Shown here piece after piece: positions 8,206 to 18,472 of a DNA stretch of 38,914 nucleotides. The notes under the pieces are model-generated. The model had not been told where the DNA came from, did no database searches, and was given only the letters and a program-made list of their open reading frames with translations. A program made the translations under genes and the position numbers. The DNA is from Clostridiales bacterium (lineage in GTDB: Bacteria; Bacillota; Clostridia; Christensenellales; CAG-138), in contig JAISXK010000029.1 of NCBI GenBank assembly GCA_031270585.1, positions 1 through 38,914 on the forward strand, written 5' to 3'. Positions within the stretch are counted from its first letter, which is position 1, and each line of letters begins with the position of its first letter.

Positions 8206-10290
8206 ATGTCTGAAGCAACGGAACTTTTTGGAAGCATGGTGTTCCACCGCGGGGCCATGAAGGTAAGGCTTCCCAAGGATGTCTATCACGTGCTGCAGGA
8301 TACCATCCGCCTCGGAAAGGAGCTTGACCCCGCCATTGCGGACGTGGTGGCAAACGCCATGAAGGATTGGGCGGTTGAAAAAGGCGCCACGCATTTTACC
8401 CACTGGTTCCAGCCCATGACGGGCATTACCGCAGAAAAGCACGACGGGTTTTTGTCGCCCTGCAAGGATGGCGGCGCCATGATGGAGTTTTCCGGCAGGG
8501 AATTGATTAAGGGGGAGCCGGATGCCTCAAGCTTTCCATCGGGCGGGCTGCGCGCTACGTTTGAGGCGCGCGGCTACACGGCGTGGGATCCTACCAGCCC
8601 CGCGTTTATCAAAGATGAAACGCTCTATATCCCCACCATATTCTGCGCCTATGGCGGCGAAGCGCTCGATAAAAAAACGCCGTTGCTGCGCTCTATGGAA
8701 GCGCTCAACAGGCAGGCGCTGCGCATCCTGCGTCTGCTGGGGGATACCGCCACACGGCGTGTCATGAGTATGGCCGGCCCCGAACAGGAGTATTTTTTGG
8801 TGGATGAGGCGCTTTTTGCCCAACGGCCTGATCTGAAATTTTGCGGCAGAACGCTCTTTGGCGCGCCCCCGCCCAAGGGGCAGGAACTGGAAGACCATTA
8901 CTTCGGCGCGCTCAAACCCCGCGTAAAGGCTTTTATGCGCGATCTGGACAGGGAACTGTGGCGTGTGGGCGTGCACGCAAAAACCGAGCACAACGAGGTG
9001 GCGCCGGGACAACACGAGCTCGCCACCATATACTGCAACGCCAACACTGCGGCGGATCATAACCAGCTCGTGATGGAGCTGATGCAAAAAATCGCGAAGC
9101 GCCACGAGCTCGTTTGCCTGCTGCACGAAAAGCCCTTTGCGGGCGTAAACGGCAGCGGCAAGCATAACAATTGGAGCCTGGCCACCGATACCGGCGTAAA
9201 CCTGATGAACCCCGGCGCCACCCCGCAGGAGAACCGGCAGTTTTTATTATTTCTTGCCGCCATTATCCGCGCGGTGGACGAGCATCAGGATCTGCTGCGC
9301 CTGTGCGCCGCTTCCGCAGGCAACGACCACCGCCTGGGCGCCAACGAGGCGCCGCCCGCCATCGTATCCATATTTTTGGGCGACGAGCTATACGGCGTGC
9401 TGCAGGCGATTATAAACAAAGAGGAGTACCAGGGCGGCCAATACGAGGATATGGCCATGGGCGTGGACGCGCTGCCGCATATCCCGCGGGATACGACCGA
9501 CCGCAACCGCACATCCCCCTTCGCGTTTACGGGAAACAAGTTCGAATACCGCATGCTGGGCTCCTCCTTTTCCATCGCGGGGCCGAACATGGTGCTCAAC
9601 ACCATCGTGGCGGATGCCCTGCGGGAGTTTGCCGACACGCTGGAGGGTACGCAGGCGCTCGACCACATGCTCGGCAAGTTGGTTCGCCGCACGCTGCGTG
9701 ACCACGGCCGTATACTTTTTAACGGCAACAACTATACAAGCGATTGGGTGGATGAAGCCAAAAAGCGCGGCCTGCTAAACCTTGCTTCCACGGTGGAGGC
9801 GCTGCCGGTATTCACATCCGAAAAAAGCATCGCGCTCTTTACCCGGCACGGCGTGTTCAGCGAGACGGAAATACGGGCGCGCCATGAAATACTGCTGGAA
9901 TGCTATTGCAAAACCATTCACATCGAGGCCGCCACCGCGCTCATGATGCTGCGCGGGCAGATAGCGCCCGCCATAACGCGGTATATGGGGGAACTTGCGG
10001 CCTGCATGGCGCAGCAACAGGCGTTCGGCGCGGATATTACCGCAGAACAGGCGGCGCTTATGCGGCTATCCTCATTAAAAGCCGCCATGTATGAAGCGTT
10101 TCACACGACGGAAGATGCCGCCGGCGCCGTTGCCGCGCTTCCCGATGCCGAGGCCCGCGCCAAAGCATACAGGCAAACGGTGCTGCCCGCCATGCAGGCC
10201 CTGCGCGAAGCCGTGGACGCGCTGGAGCAATTGCTGCCGGAGGATTGCTGGCCGCTGCCGTCTTACGCAAAACTTCTGTTTGACGTGTAG
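8206..10290 (+). CDS. glnN: Glutamine synthetase type III
   Basis: 694 aa, the length typical of GSIII. The N-terminal ...FGSMVF...LPKDVY..L...[34 protein letters not shown] is characteristic of GSIII. An AAAGGAG SD precedes the start. Confidence 0.85.
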   Translation: MSEATELFGSMVFHRGAMKVRLPKDVYHVLQDTIRLGKELDPAIADVVANAMKDWAVEKGATHFTHWFQPMTGITAEKHDGFLSPCKDGGAMMEFSGRELIKGEPDASSFPSGGLRATFEARGYTAWDPTSPAFIKDETLYIPTIFCAYGGEALDKKTPLLRSMEALNRQALRILRLLGDTATRRVMSMAGPEQEYFLVDEALFAQRPDLKFCGRTLFGAPPPKGQELEDHYFGALKPRVKAFMRDLDRELWRVGVHAKTEHNEVAPGQHELATIYCNANTAADHNQLVMELMQKIAKRHELVCLLHEKPFAGVNGSGKHNNWSLATDTGVNLMNPGATPQENRQFLLFLAAIIRAVDEHQDLLRLCAASAGNDHRLGANEAPPAIVSIFLGDELYGVLQAIINKEEYQGGQYEDMAMGVDALPHIPRDTTDRNRTSPFAFTGNKFEYRMLGSSFSIAGPNMVLNTIVADALREFADTLEGTQALDHMLGKLVRRTLRDHGRILFNGNNYTSDWVDEAKKRGLLNLASTVEALPVFTSEKSIALFTRHGVFSETEIRARHEILLECYCKTIHIEAATALMMLRGQIAPAITRYMGELAACMAQQQAFGADITAEQAALMRLSSLKAAMYEAFHTTEDAAGAVAALPDAEARAKAYRQTVLPAMQALREAVDALEQLLPEDCWPLPSYAKLLFDV

Positions 10291-10299
10291 GAGGTATGG

Positions 10300-11898
10300 A
10301 TGACAAAGTATATTTTTGTAACCGGCGGGGTGGTCTCGGGGCTTGGCAAGGGGATCACCGCCGCATCCCTGGGGAGGCTGCTCAAGCAAAGGGGATTGCA
10401 TGTGACGGCGCAGAAGCTTGATCCCTATATGAATGTCGATCCCGGAACCATGAGCCCCTACCAGCATGGCGAGGTTTTCGTTACGGATGATGGCGCGGAG
10501 ACCGACCTGGACTTGGGGCATTACGAGCGCTTTATCGACGAAAGCCTGACGCGGCTTTCCAACCTGACCGCCGGCAAGGTGTATTGGAACGTATTGAGCC
10601 GCGAGCGCGCGGGAGGTTACCTGGGCGAAACGGTGCAGGTGATCCCCCATATCACGCAGGAGATAAAGGCGTTTATCTACGCGGGCGCGCAAAGCAGCCA
10701 TGCGGATATTCTGATCGTTGAAATAGGCGGCACGACGGGGGATATCGAAAGCCAGCCGTTTTTAGAGGCTATCCGCCAGGTATCGCTGGAAAAAGGGCAC
10801 GAGAACTGTTTGTTTCTTCATGTAACGCTTGTTCCTTATTTAAAAAGCTCGGGCGAACACAAATCCAAGCCCACGCAGCATTCCGTAAAAGAACTGCGGG
10901 CGATGGGCATCTCGCCGGATATCATCATCACCCGCGCGGACGAACCGCTCGACGACAACATCAAAAGAAAGATAGCCCTGTTCTGCAATGTGGCGCCGGA
11001 CTGCGTGATTGAGAACACCACGCTGCCATCCTTATACGGCGCGCCCCTTATGTTGCACCGCCACGGCCTGGACGAAGTTGTGTGCCAAAAGCTTCATGTA
11101 TCCGTTCCCCGGCCGGATTTGACCGAGTGGCTGACGATGGCCGGCAGGATGGAAAAACGGGGGGAAGAAGTCACCATTGCTATAGTGGGCAAATACGTAA
11201 AGCTGCATGACGCGTATCTATCCATTATAGAAAGCCTGCACCACGCGGGGTTTGAAACGGGCGCGCAAGTAAACATACGCTGGGTGGACAGCCAAACCGT
11301 CACGGAGGAGAATATCAGCGAAGTCATGCGGGGGGCGCATGGCGCTATCATCCCCGGCGGGTTTGGCGACAGGGGTATAGAGGGCAAAATTATCGCCTGC
11401 CGCTTTGCGCGGGAGCGCGATATCCCCCTGCTTGGCATTTGTTTGGGCATGCAGATGGCCGTTATAGAATATGCCCGGCATGTTTGTAAGCTTGCGGGGG
11501 CAAATTCCACCGAGTTTGACGCGGACTGTGCGCACCCTGTTATCGATTTTATGCCGGGGCAGACAGGCGAGGTCAATAAGGGGGGTACCATGCGCCTCGG
11601 CGCTTACCCCTGCGAGATCACGCCAAACACCCTGCTGCATAAGCTGTATGAGCAAAACGAAATCAGCGAGCGCCACCGCCACAGGTTTGAGTTTAACAAC
11701 AAGTACCGCGACACCATGGCGGCACAGGGGCTTGTGATAAGCGGCGTCTTTCCCGGCGGCGGTCTTGTGGAAGCCATAGAGCTTCCTTCCAACCGTTTTT
11801 TTGTGGGCGTGCAGTTCCATCCCGAGTTCAAAAGCCGCCCCAACAGGCCGCACCCCTTGTTTATGGGGTTGGTTCGCGCGGCGTTGCAAACAACATAA
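10300..11898 (+). CDS. pyrG: CTP synthase
   Basis: 532 aa. The sequence reads [29 protein letters not shown]... The GATase motifs GICLGMQ and QFHPEF are present. The start lies 9 nt after the glnN stop. Confidence 0.95.
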   Translation: MTKYIFVTGGVVSGLGKGITAASLGRLLKQRGLHVTAQKLDPYMNVDPGTMSPYQHGEVFVTDDGAETDLDLGHYERFIDESLTRLSNLTAGKVYWNVLSRERAGGYLGETVQVIPHITQEIKAFIYAGAQSSHADILIVEIGGTTGDIESQPFLEAIRQVSLEKGHENCLFLHVTLVPYLKSSGEHKSKPTQHSVKELRAMGISPDIIITRADEPLDDNIKRKIALFCNVAPDCVIENTTLPSLYGAPLMLHRHGLDEVVCQKLHVSVPRPDLTEWLTMAGRMEKRGEEVTIAIVGKYVKLHDAYLSIIESLHHAGFETGAQVNIRWVDSQTVTEENISEVMRGAHGAIIPGGFGDRGIEGKIIACRFARERDIPLLGICLGMQMAVIEYARHVCKLAGANSTEFDADCAHPVIDFMPGQTGEVNKGGTMRLGAYPCEITPNTLLHKLYEQNEISERHRHRFEFNNKYRDTMAAQGLVISGVFPGGGLVEAIELPSNRFFVGVQFHPEFKSRPNRPHPLFMGLVRAALQTT

Positions 11899-11907
11899 AG
11901 GGGAAGG

Positions 11908-13149
11908 TTAGAGCCCGTTCCAGCTTGCCATATACGCTTCCTGCCTGTCGCTGATTAGATCGATGGTGTATCCGTCGTATTTTAGCTTGCGGCGGGCTAC
12001 GTCCATATCTATTTCATACGGCACGGAAATGATGCTTTTTGTGGGGCGCCGCTCTACCAAATACCGCGCGCAAAGCGCCTGCACCGCAAAGCTCATATCC
12101 ATAATCTCCACGGGATGCCCATCCCCCGCCGCCAGGTTGACCAACCGCCCGTCGCCCAGCAGGGAAAGCGTGCGCCCGTTTTGCAGCGTATACCCCTCGA
12201 TATTGGGGCGTTGCCGCGCGGTCTTCACGGCGACGCGTTTTAAGGCGGCTACATCCACCTCCACATCGAAATGGCCGGCGTTGCAGAGCAGCGCGCCATC
12301 CTTCATGCGCCCAAAATGCCGCTCGGTGATGACATCCCGGCAGCCCGTTACCGTTATGAATACGTCGCCTGTCACGCACGCGTCGTCCATAGGCATCACG
12401 CGGTAGCCGTCCATCACCGCCTCCAGGGCCTTCACAGGATCCACCTCGGTAATGATCACATGCGCGCCCTGACCGGCCGCCCGCATGGCCACGCCCTTGC
12501 CACACCAGCCGTAGCCGCTCACGACCACGGTTTTGCCCGCAACCAGCAAATTGGTTGTACGGTTGACGCCATCCCACACGCTTTGGCCGGTGCCGTAGCG
12601 GTTATCAAACAAATGCTTGCATCTGGCGTCGTTCACCAGCACCATGGGGAAGCGCAGCGCGCCCTCTTTATGCATGGATACAAGCCTGCGCACGCCGGTG
12701 GTCGTCTCTTCGCAACCGCCGATCACATTTTCACACAGCTCCGGAAAATCGTTGTGCAGCGCGTTGACAAGATCGCCCCCGTCGTCGATGACGATATCGG
12801 GGCCCGCCTGCACCGTCCGGCGGATGTGGCGCGCATATTCTTCCGGCGTGGCGGCGTGCCAGGCGTTTACCTCCATGCCCTCCTCGGCAAGCGCGGCCGC
12901 AACGTCGTCCTGCGTGGAAAGCGGGTTGCTGCCCGTTACATGCATGATGGCCCCGCCCGCCGCCAGCACTCTGGAAAGGTGCGCGGTTTTTGCCTCCAGG
13001 TGCACCGAGAGGGCGATTTTTATCCCCTTAAAGGGTGCAAGCCCGCAAAATTCCTCAAGTATGCTGTTCAACACGGGCATATGCGCCCGTGCCCATTCAA
13101 TTTTTTGTTTGCCGCGCGCGGCAAGGCCAATATCACGTATTTCGCCCAT
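11908..13149 (-). CDS. ahcY: Adenosylhomocysteinase
   Basis: MGEIRDIGLAARGKQKIEWARAHMPVL..., plus the NAD-binding VVSGYGWCGKG. A GGGAGGA SD favours the ATG at 13149 over the track start at 13173. Confidence 0.9.
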   Translation of the reverse strand: MGEIRDIGLAARGKQKIEWARAHMPVLNSILEEFCGLAPFKGIKIALSVHLEAKTAHLSRVLAAGGAIMHVTGSNPLSTQDDVAAALAEEGMEVNAWHAATPEEYARHIRRTVQAGPDIVIDDGGDLVNALHNDFPELCENVIGGCEETTTGVRRLVSMHKEGALRFPMVLVNDARCKHLFDNRYGTGQSVWDGVNRTTNLLVAGKTVVVSGYGWCGKGVAMRAAGQGAHVIITEVDPVKALEAVMDGYRVMPMDDACVTGDVFITVTGCRDVITERHFGRMKDGALLCNAGHFDVEVDVAALKRVAVKTARQRPNIEGYTLQNGRTLSLLGDGRLVNLAAGDGHPVEIMDMSFAVQALCARYLVERRPTKSIISVPYEIDMDVARRKLKYDGYTIDLISDRQEAYMASWNGL

Positions 13150-13201
13150 AAATCCTCCCGGTTTCAATATCATTTAAACCGCGTGGCCCTCACGCCATAT
13201 T

Positions 13202-14488
13202 TTAAAGCAACGCTTTTCGTATCCGCGCCACTTCCGCGTAAACCCGTTCCTCATCTATGGTTTTTATGTTTCCCTTTTCCATAACAACCTGCCCGTCGAT
13301 CAGCACGGTTTCCACCTCCGCCCCGCTGGCCGCGTATACAAGCGACGCTGCGATATCGTTTATGGGCTGAAACTGCGGGCAGTCCAGGTTAAGCAGTATG
13401 ATATCCGCGAGCGCCCCCGGCTGCAGGATACCCGCCGCTCCCCGCAAGCCAAGCGCATCGGCGCCCGCCGCCGTAGCGCAGTGCAGCACGCGCCTTGCCG
13501 GCAAAACCCTGGGGTTTTTGGTGAGGCCCTTATGAATCAAGGACAGCGTACCCATCTCTTTAAAAAGGTTCAGGTTGTTGTTGCTCGCCGCGCCATCCGT
13601 GCCGATGCAAACGTTTATGCCGGCGTCGATTAATCTGTCCGCCGGCGCGAAACCGTTGCCCAGCTTCATATTGCTGATGGAATTTATGGCGACGTTTACG
13701 CCGCGCGCTTTTAAAATGTCGATATCCCCCGGCGTTAGATACACGCAATGCGCGGCGACGGCGGGCGCGTCAAATAAGCCCAGCCGCGCCACATATTCCG
13801 TGGGCGTGCAACCGTATTTTTGCATGGCTGTGTCAAACTCGTTTTGCGTTTCGGCAAGATGTATGTGCACGCGCATCCCGCGCTCTTGCGCCAGCTCCGC
13901 GATATGGCGCAGCAGGCGCTCGCCGCAACTGTATATGGCGTGCGGGCCCAGCGCGCAACGCAATCTGCCGCCGTATGGTTTGCAAGCATCCTCATCTTCA
14001 AACAGCTCGTTAAGGTGCCGGATCGCCGCGGGATCGTCCGGCCCTTCCCCCGCGATACCGCGGGAGAGCACCGCGCGCATGCCGCTTTTTGCGGCGGCGC
14101 GCAGGCATTGGCCCTTGAACATATGCATATCCAAAAAACAGGTTGTGCCGGATTTTATCATCTCCAGGCAGGCAAGCAGCGTGCACCAATAAGCGTCCTC
14201 GGGCGCAAGCATATCCTCCTTTGGCATGATTCGCCCAAAAAGCCACTCGTCGAAGGCAAGATCATCCGCGTAGTTGCGGAATATGGTCATATACGCATGG
14301 GTATGGCAGTTGACAAGCCCCGGCATGGCAAGCTTACGCGCGCCGTCTATCACCCTGTCCGGCACGAAGCCGGGGGGCTTTTTGCCCACAGCCAATATGG
14401 TGTTGCCCGCGACGCTGATATCTCCCGTTTGCACGAACCCTCCGGCGCAATCCGCAAGTATGGCCGCGCCCTTTATAAGCGTATTCAT
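13202..14488 (-). CDS. mtaD: Amidohydrolase, 5-methylthioadenosine/S-adenosylhomocysteine deaminase-like
   Basis: 428 aa. The metal-binding HxH is present (NCHTHAYMT), as are HLAE and GTDGAASNN, motifs of the MtaD/guanine-deaminase-type amidohydrolases. The gene lies directly upstream of ahcY. Confidence 0.75.
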   Translation of the reverse strand: MNTLIKGAAILADCAGGFVQTGDISVAGNTILAVGKKPPGFVPDRVIDGARKLAMPGLVNCHTHAYMTIFRNYADDLAFDEWLFGRIMPKEDMLAPEDAYWCTLLACLEMIKSGTTCFLDMHMFKGQCLRAAAKSGMRAVLSRGIAGEGPDDPAAIRHLNELFEDEDACKPYGGRLRCALGPHAIYSCGERLLRHIAELAQERGMRVHIHLAETQNEFDTAMQKYGCTPTEYVARLGLFDAPAVAAHCVYLTPGDIDILKARGVNVAINSISNMKLGNGFAPADRLIDAGINVCIGTDGAASNNNLNLFKEMGTLSLIHKGLTKNPRVLPARRVLHCATAAGADALGLRGAAGILQPGALADIILLNLDCPQFQPINDIAASLVYAASGAEVETVLIDGQVVMEKGNIKTIDEERVYAEVARIRKALL

Positions 14489-14505
14489 GGTGCTTCTCTT
14501 CTTTC

Positions 14506-14543
14506 GTTATATACTGCCGCCGCGCGGCCTGTATACCAGTATA
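14506..14543. other. Nested palindrome in the mtaD 5' region
   Basis: TATATACTG (14506-14514) pairs with CAGTATATA (14535-14543). These arms enclose the GC palindrome GCCGCGCGGC. The element lies 18-55 nt upstream of the mtaD start. Confidence 0.5.
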
Positions 14544-14663
14544 TAGGATATCGCGCAAAACGACAATCCGGTTGGCGTTTTTTCGGCAAGCCAATCAAAC
14601 GCGCGTACACAATCGACCAGCAGAATAAGAACCCGTTCTCAACAGACACGGCATTTATCCGCA

Positions 14664-14672
14664 TGCTATAAT
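14664..14672 (+). promoter_or_regulatory. Extended -10 element (TGcTATAAT) upstream of cobQ
   Basis: TGCTATAAT lies about 70 nt before the cobQ ATG. No good -35 hexamer is present. Confidence 0.35.
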
Positions 14673-14739
14673 AGGGTGAACGCCCGTGTTTATTGGGAAC
14701 GGGCTTTTGAATTCTCGCAGGCGATAAAAGAGGCGCTCT

Positions 14740-16035
14740 ATGGCTAAGGCAATTATGGTTCAAGGCACAATGAGCAACGCGGGCAAAAGCATACTCTGCG
14801 CCGCGCTGTGCCGGATTTTTAAACAGGACGGCTATCAGGTCGCGCCGTTTAAGCCGCAGAATATGGCTCTTAACTCGTTCATCACCGACGAAGGTTTGGA
14901 GATGGGCCGCGCGCAAGCCGTACAGGCGGAAGCGGCGGGCGTTTCTCCAAGCGTGAGAATGAATCCGATTTTGCTAAAACCAACGACGGACACAGGCTCA
15001 CAGGTAATTGTAAACGGCGTCGCCCGCGGGACTATGTCCGCGCGTGAATATTTCAAAATCAAGCGGTCGCTCATTCCCGACATCATGAACGCCTATCACG
15101 CGCTTGCCGCCGCGTTTGACATTATTGTCCTGGAAGGCGCCGGCAGCCCTGTTGAACTCAACCTGAAATCGGACGATATCGTGAATATGGGTATGGCCAT
15201 GCGCGCAAAATCGCCTGTGGTGCTTGTCGGCGATATTGACCGGGGCGGCGTGTTCGCGCAGCTTTTCGGCACGGTAAAACTGCTCGAACAAAGCGAACAG
15301 GCCCTTGTTAAGGCGTTAATCGTAAATAAGTTTCGGGGAGACGTTACCCTTTTCGGCGATGGGAAAAAAATGCTTGAAGAATTGACGGGCAAACCGGTCG
15401 CGGGCGTTGTGCCGTACTTAGATATAGATATTGACGATGAGGACAGTCTGTCCTCACGCCTTGAGAGCAAAGAGGGGAATATCGCCGTTATCCGTTTGCC
15501 TAAAATTTCTAACTTCACCGACTTCACCGCGCTGAAATCGGTGCGGTATGTGTCAAAACCATCCGAACTCGGCGAGCCGGAAATGGTTATACTTCCCGGA
15601 ACGAAAAACACAATCGCAGATCTGGTCTGGCTCAGGCAAAGCGGTCTTGCCGATAAGATAATTGAATTGGCGCGGCGCGGCGTTAAAATTTTCGGCATTT
15701 GCGGCGGGTATCAAATGCTCGGCGAGAGCATATCCGACCCCGAAGGTATCGAAGGCGGCGGCGAGGCGACCGGGCTTTGTCTGCTCCCAATCAAAACCGT
15801 GCTCTCGGCACAAAAAATAACAAAGAGGACCGAAAGAGGCTACGAAATACACCACGGCGTATCGACCTGTGACGCGTACACGCGCGGCAATGTTTCGGGA
15901 ACCTACACGCACGGCGTATTTGACACGCCCAGGTACAAACTCCATAAAGAAAAGCAGTATGATTTACTTGCCGAAGGCGTAAGGGCCGCGCTGAATATGG
16001 AACTGATTTATAAAATTTTGCGGGCGGGCATATGA
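14740..16035 (+). CDS. cobQ: Cobyric acid synthase-like amidotransferase (CobQ/CbiP family)
   Basis: [46 protein letters not shown]...[12 protein letters not shown], plus the GATase part ICGGYQMLG...YEIHHG. At 431 aa it is shorter than the usual ~490-510 aa. Confidence 0.8.
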   Translation: MAKAIMVQGTMSNAGKSILCAALCRIFKQDGYQVAPFKPQNMALNSFITDEGLEMGRAQAVQAEAAGVSPSVRMNPILLKPTTDTGSQVIVNGVARGTMSAREYFKIKRSLIPDIMNAYHALAAAFDIIVLEGAGSPVELNLKSDDIVNMGMAMRAKSPVVLVGDIDRGGVFAQLFGTVKLLEQSEQALVKALIVNKFRGDVTLFGDGKKMLEELTGKPVAGVVPYLDIDIDDEDSLSSRLESKEGNIAVIRLPKISNFTDFTALKSVRYVSKPSELGEPEMVILPGTKNTIADLVWLRQSGLADKIIELARRGVKIFGICGGYQMLGESISDPEGIEGGGEATGLCLLPIKTVLSAQKITKRTERGYEIHHGVSTCDAYTRGNVSGTYTHGVFDTPRYKLHKEKQYDLLAEGVRAALNMELIYKILRAGI

Positions 16036-16068
16036 AGAGAGCACGTTTGGCGCCCGGTAAAACAGAAC

Positions 16069-16098
16069 GCATAGGGTACTATGAAGCATAGTACGCCA
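16069..16098 (+). repeat. 15-nt motif copy plus an abutting partial inverted copy
   Basis: The exact motif AAGCATAGTACGCCA lies at 16084-16098. GTACTATG (16076-16083) and CATAGTAC (16087-16094) form an 8-bp palindrome. GCATAGGGTAC at 16069-16079 is a degenerate half-copy. Confidence 0.75.
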
Positions 16099-16099
16099 C

Positions 16100-16162
16100 T
16101 CTTAAAAGAAAGAAATACCACACATGCGCTTAAAGCAAACCCCCTATCGCGCCGTGTGGTAT
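16100..16162 (-). terminator. Putative hppA terminator
   Basis: ATACCACAC (16115-16123) pairs with GTGTGGTAT (16154-16162). On the minus strand this hairpin is followed by TTTCTTTCTTTT. The loop is long (30 nt). Confidence 0.45.
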
Positions 16163-16188
16163 ATAGAGTACCGGTTACCGGCCTGCGG

Positions 16189-18141
16189 CTATTTGATCAA
16201 GGGCGCGATCAGCAGCGCCACAATGCTCATCAGCTTGATGAGTATATTCATCGAGGGGCCCGCCGTATCCTTCAAAGGGTCGCCCACGGTATCGCCGATT
16301 ACCGCCGCGTTGTGCTCAGGCGTGCCTTTTCCCACCTTCTCGATCGCTTTTTTCGCGTTGTCCCACGCGCCGCCGCTGGTGCTCATCATCAACGCCAGCA
16401 GCACGCCGGAAATGGTGGCGCCTGTCAGCATGCCCGCAAGCGCGGCTTTGCCCAGCAGCAACCCCACCAGAACAGGGCTGGCTACGGCCAGCAGCCCCGG
16501 GACGACCATCTGCCGCAATGCGGAGACTGTGGAAATATCCACGCAGCGCGCGTAATCGGGCTTCGTTTCCCCTTTGAGAATGCCGGGGAACTCTTTAAAT
16601 TGCCTGCGCACCTCCTGTATCATATCCCCTGCGGAGCGGCTGACCGCCTCGATAGCCATGGCGGAGAAAAGGTATACCAGCATCGCGCCGATAAACGCCC
16701 CGCCTATTACATACGCGTCCAGCAGGTTTACGGTTTCGAGCCCGATGATGGTGTTGTAGGAAGAAAGCAGCGCCAGCGCCGTCAGCGCTGCGGAGCCGAT
16801 GGAAAACCCTTTGCCGATGGCGGCGGTGGTGTTGCCGATAGAATCGAGCCGGTCGGTAATGGCGCGCACTTCCTTTGGCATATCCGCCATCTGCGCGATG
16901 CCGCCGGCGTTATCCGCTATGGGGCCGTAAGCGTCCACCGCGATCACCGCGCCAACAACGGCCAGCATGCCCAGCGCCGAAAGCGCCACGCCAAACAGCC
17001 CCGCCGTAAGGAAGGAAACGATGACCGCCGCCGCAATCACGAGCACGGGCGGCATAGTAGAGCGCATGCCTATGGAAAGCCCCGAAAGAATGTTGGTGGC
17101 GGGGCCGGTTTTGCTTTGCGCCACAATGTTCTTCACATGCTTAAAGGCATCCGACGTATAGTATTCCGTAATGAAGCCTATGACGCCGCCTGCGGCTACG
17201 CCCGTAAGAATGGCCCAGAAGTTGTTTAAACCCTGAAACATACTTCTATCCAGCAGCAGACTGCCGGCGAGCAGCAGCGCCATGCTGATGTAGGTGCCCA
17301 GCATGATGGTACGCTGGGAGTTTTCGCTCTTGATATATTTTACCGCCAGCACGCCCACGACAGACGCCGCCACGCCCAGCCCCGCAATCGCCACCACAAA
17401 CAGTACCCCCGTTTGCCCAAAGCCAAACGCGCCCAGTATGATGGCCGAAACGATGGAGCCCACATAGCTTTCAAAAAGATCCGCGCCCATGCCGGCGACA
17501 TCGCCCACGTTATCGCCCACGTTATCCGCTATAACGGCGGGGTTGCGGGGATCATCCTCGGGAATGCCCGCCTCCACCTTGCCTACAAGGTCTGCGCCCA
17601 CATCCGCCGCCTTCGTGTAAATGCCGCCGCCCACGCGCGCAAACAGCGCCACAGAGCTGGCGCCCAGCGAAAAGCCCGTCACGACGGATACATCCTCAAA
17701 CACCAGATAGCACGCGGTCACACCCAGCAGCCCCAGCCCCACAACGCACATGCCCATAACGGCGCCGCCGGTAAAGGCAACATGCAGCGCGTGGCGCTCC
17801 CCTTGCAGGGCGGATTGCGCCGTGCGCGCGTTGCTCAGCGTAGCGCTTTGCATGCCGATATACCCCGCCAGCACGGAAAGCAGCGCCCCCGCCAGAAAAC
17901 TTAGCGCCACGCGATAGCCCATGCCGGGCAGCAGAAACAACAGCACGCACATGCCCGCCGCGAATATGGCGATCACCCGGTATTCCCGCTTTAAAAAGGC
18001 CATGGCGCCTGTGCGGATGTAGCCGGATATTTCCGCCACACGCTCGTTTTCAACGCGTATCTTTTTGTTGGACCGCAGGAAAAAGGCGGCCAGCAGCAAA
18101 GCGATGACGGCCGCCGCCAGCGCAAGGTAGAACAACGTCAT
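16189..18141 (-). CDS. hppA: Membrane-integral ion-translocating pyrophosphatase
   Basis: About 650 aa and polytopic. The motifs [29 protein letters not shown] and [10 protein letters not shown] are present (Ala in the last motif indicates the K+-dependent subfamily). GGAGGGGG followed by 8 nt then ATG supports a start at 18141 rather than 18288. Confidence 0.9.
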   Translation of the reverse strand: MTLFYLALAAAVIALLLAAFFLRSNKKIRVENERVAEISGYIRTGAMAFLKREYRVIAIFAAGMCVLLFLLPGMGYRVALSFLAGALLSVLAGYIGMQSATLSNARTAQSALQGERHALHVAFTGGAVMGMCVVGLGLLGVTACYLVFEDVSVVTGFSLGASSVALFARVGGGIYTKAADVGADLVGKVEAGIPEDDPRNPAVIADNVGDNVGDVAGMGADLFESYVGSIVSAIILGAFGFGQTGVLFVVAIAGLGVAASVVGVLAVKYIKSENSQRTIMLGTYISMALLLAGSLLLDRSMFQGLNNFWAILTGVAAGGVIGFITEYYTSDAFKHVKNIVAQSKTGPATNILSGLSIGMRSTMPPVLVIAAAVIVSFLTAGLFGVALSALGMLAVVGAVIAVDAYGPIADNAGGIAQMADMPKEVRAITDRLDSIGNTTAAIGKGFSIGSAALTALALLSSYNTIIGLETVNLLDAYVIGGAFIGAMLVYLFSAMAIEAVSRSAGDMIQEVRRQFKEFPGILKGETKPDYARCVDISTVSALRQMVVPGLLAVASPVLVGLLLGKAALAGMLTGATISGVLLALMMSTSGGAWDNAKKAIEKVGKGTPEHNAAVIGDTVGDPLKDTAGPSMNILIKLMSIVALLIAPLIK

Positions 18142-18472
18142 AATCAAACCCCCTCCAAACATAAAATATGTGTGCCCGCGCAGAAAAAGGAAAAGCAACC
18201 CCCGGAGGATACCGATTCTTTTTAAACGAATACCCTTATCATTGCAGATGTGTTTTGAAATGTCAATCCGCGACGGCGATTGAACCATGGCGCTTTTATT
18301 GTATCATAAGCCCATAAGCATAGCGGCTTAAAGCATGGCGCATAAACCGGCGGAAAGCCGCAAAACAACAACATGGGGCCGCCTCGGGAGCGGGCTATTC
18401 CCCTCCCCCATCAAGGCTGCCCCATGTTTTTCCGTCTGTTTTATGCCATACGCGGCCTATCCTTCGCCGCGC

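Noticed and set aside
12271-13284. 337-aa + strand ORF spanning the ahcY/mtaD junction
   Set aside because: It is antisense to two strongly supported genes and crosses their intergenic gap. It has no SD and no motifs.
14489-14739. Possible cobalamin riboswitch (for cobQ, + strand) or SAM/SAH riboswitch (for mtaD-ahcY, - strand)
   Set aside because: I could not find a B12-box (GCCACTG-like core) or the S-box/SAH conserved cores. Only a promoter-like TGcTATAAT and simple palindromes are present. An Rfam scan would settle this.
16081-17229. 382-aa + strand ORF, rich in Arg/His/Gln/Gly
   Set aside because: It lies entirely antisense to the well-supported pyrophosphatase gene. It has low-complexity composition and no SD. 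This is the typical shadow ORF of G+C-rich coding DNA.
18142-18288. 49-codon N-terminal extension of the hppA ORF
   Set aside because: GGAGGGGG precedes the ATG at 18141, and the mature N-terminus [12 protein letters not shown] fits the first TM helix. The extension has no homology-like features.
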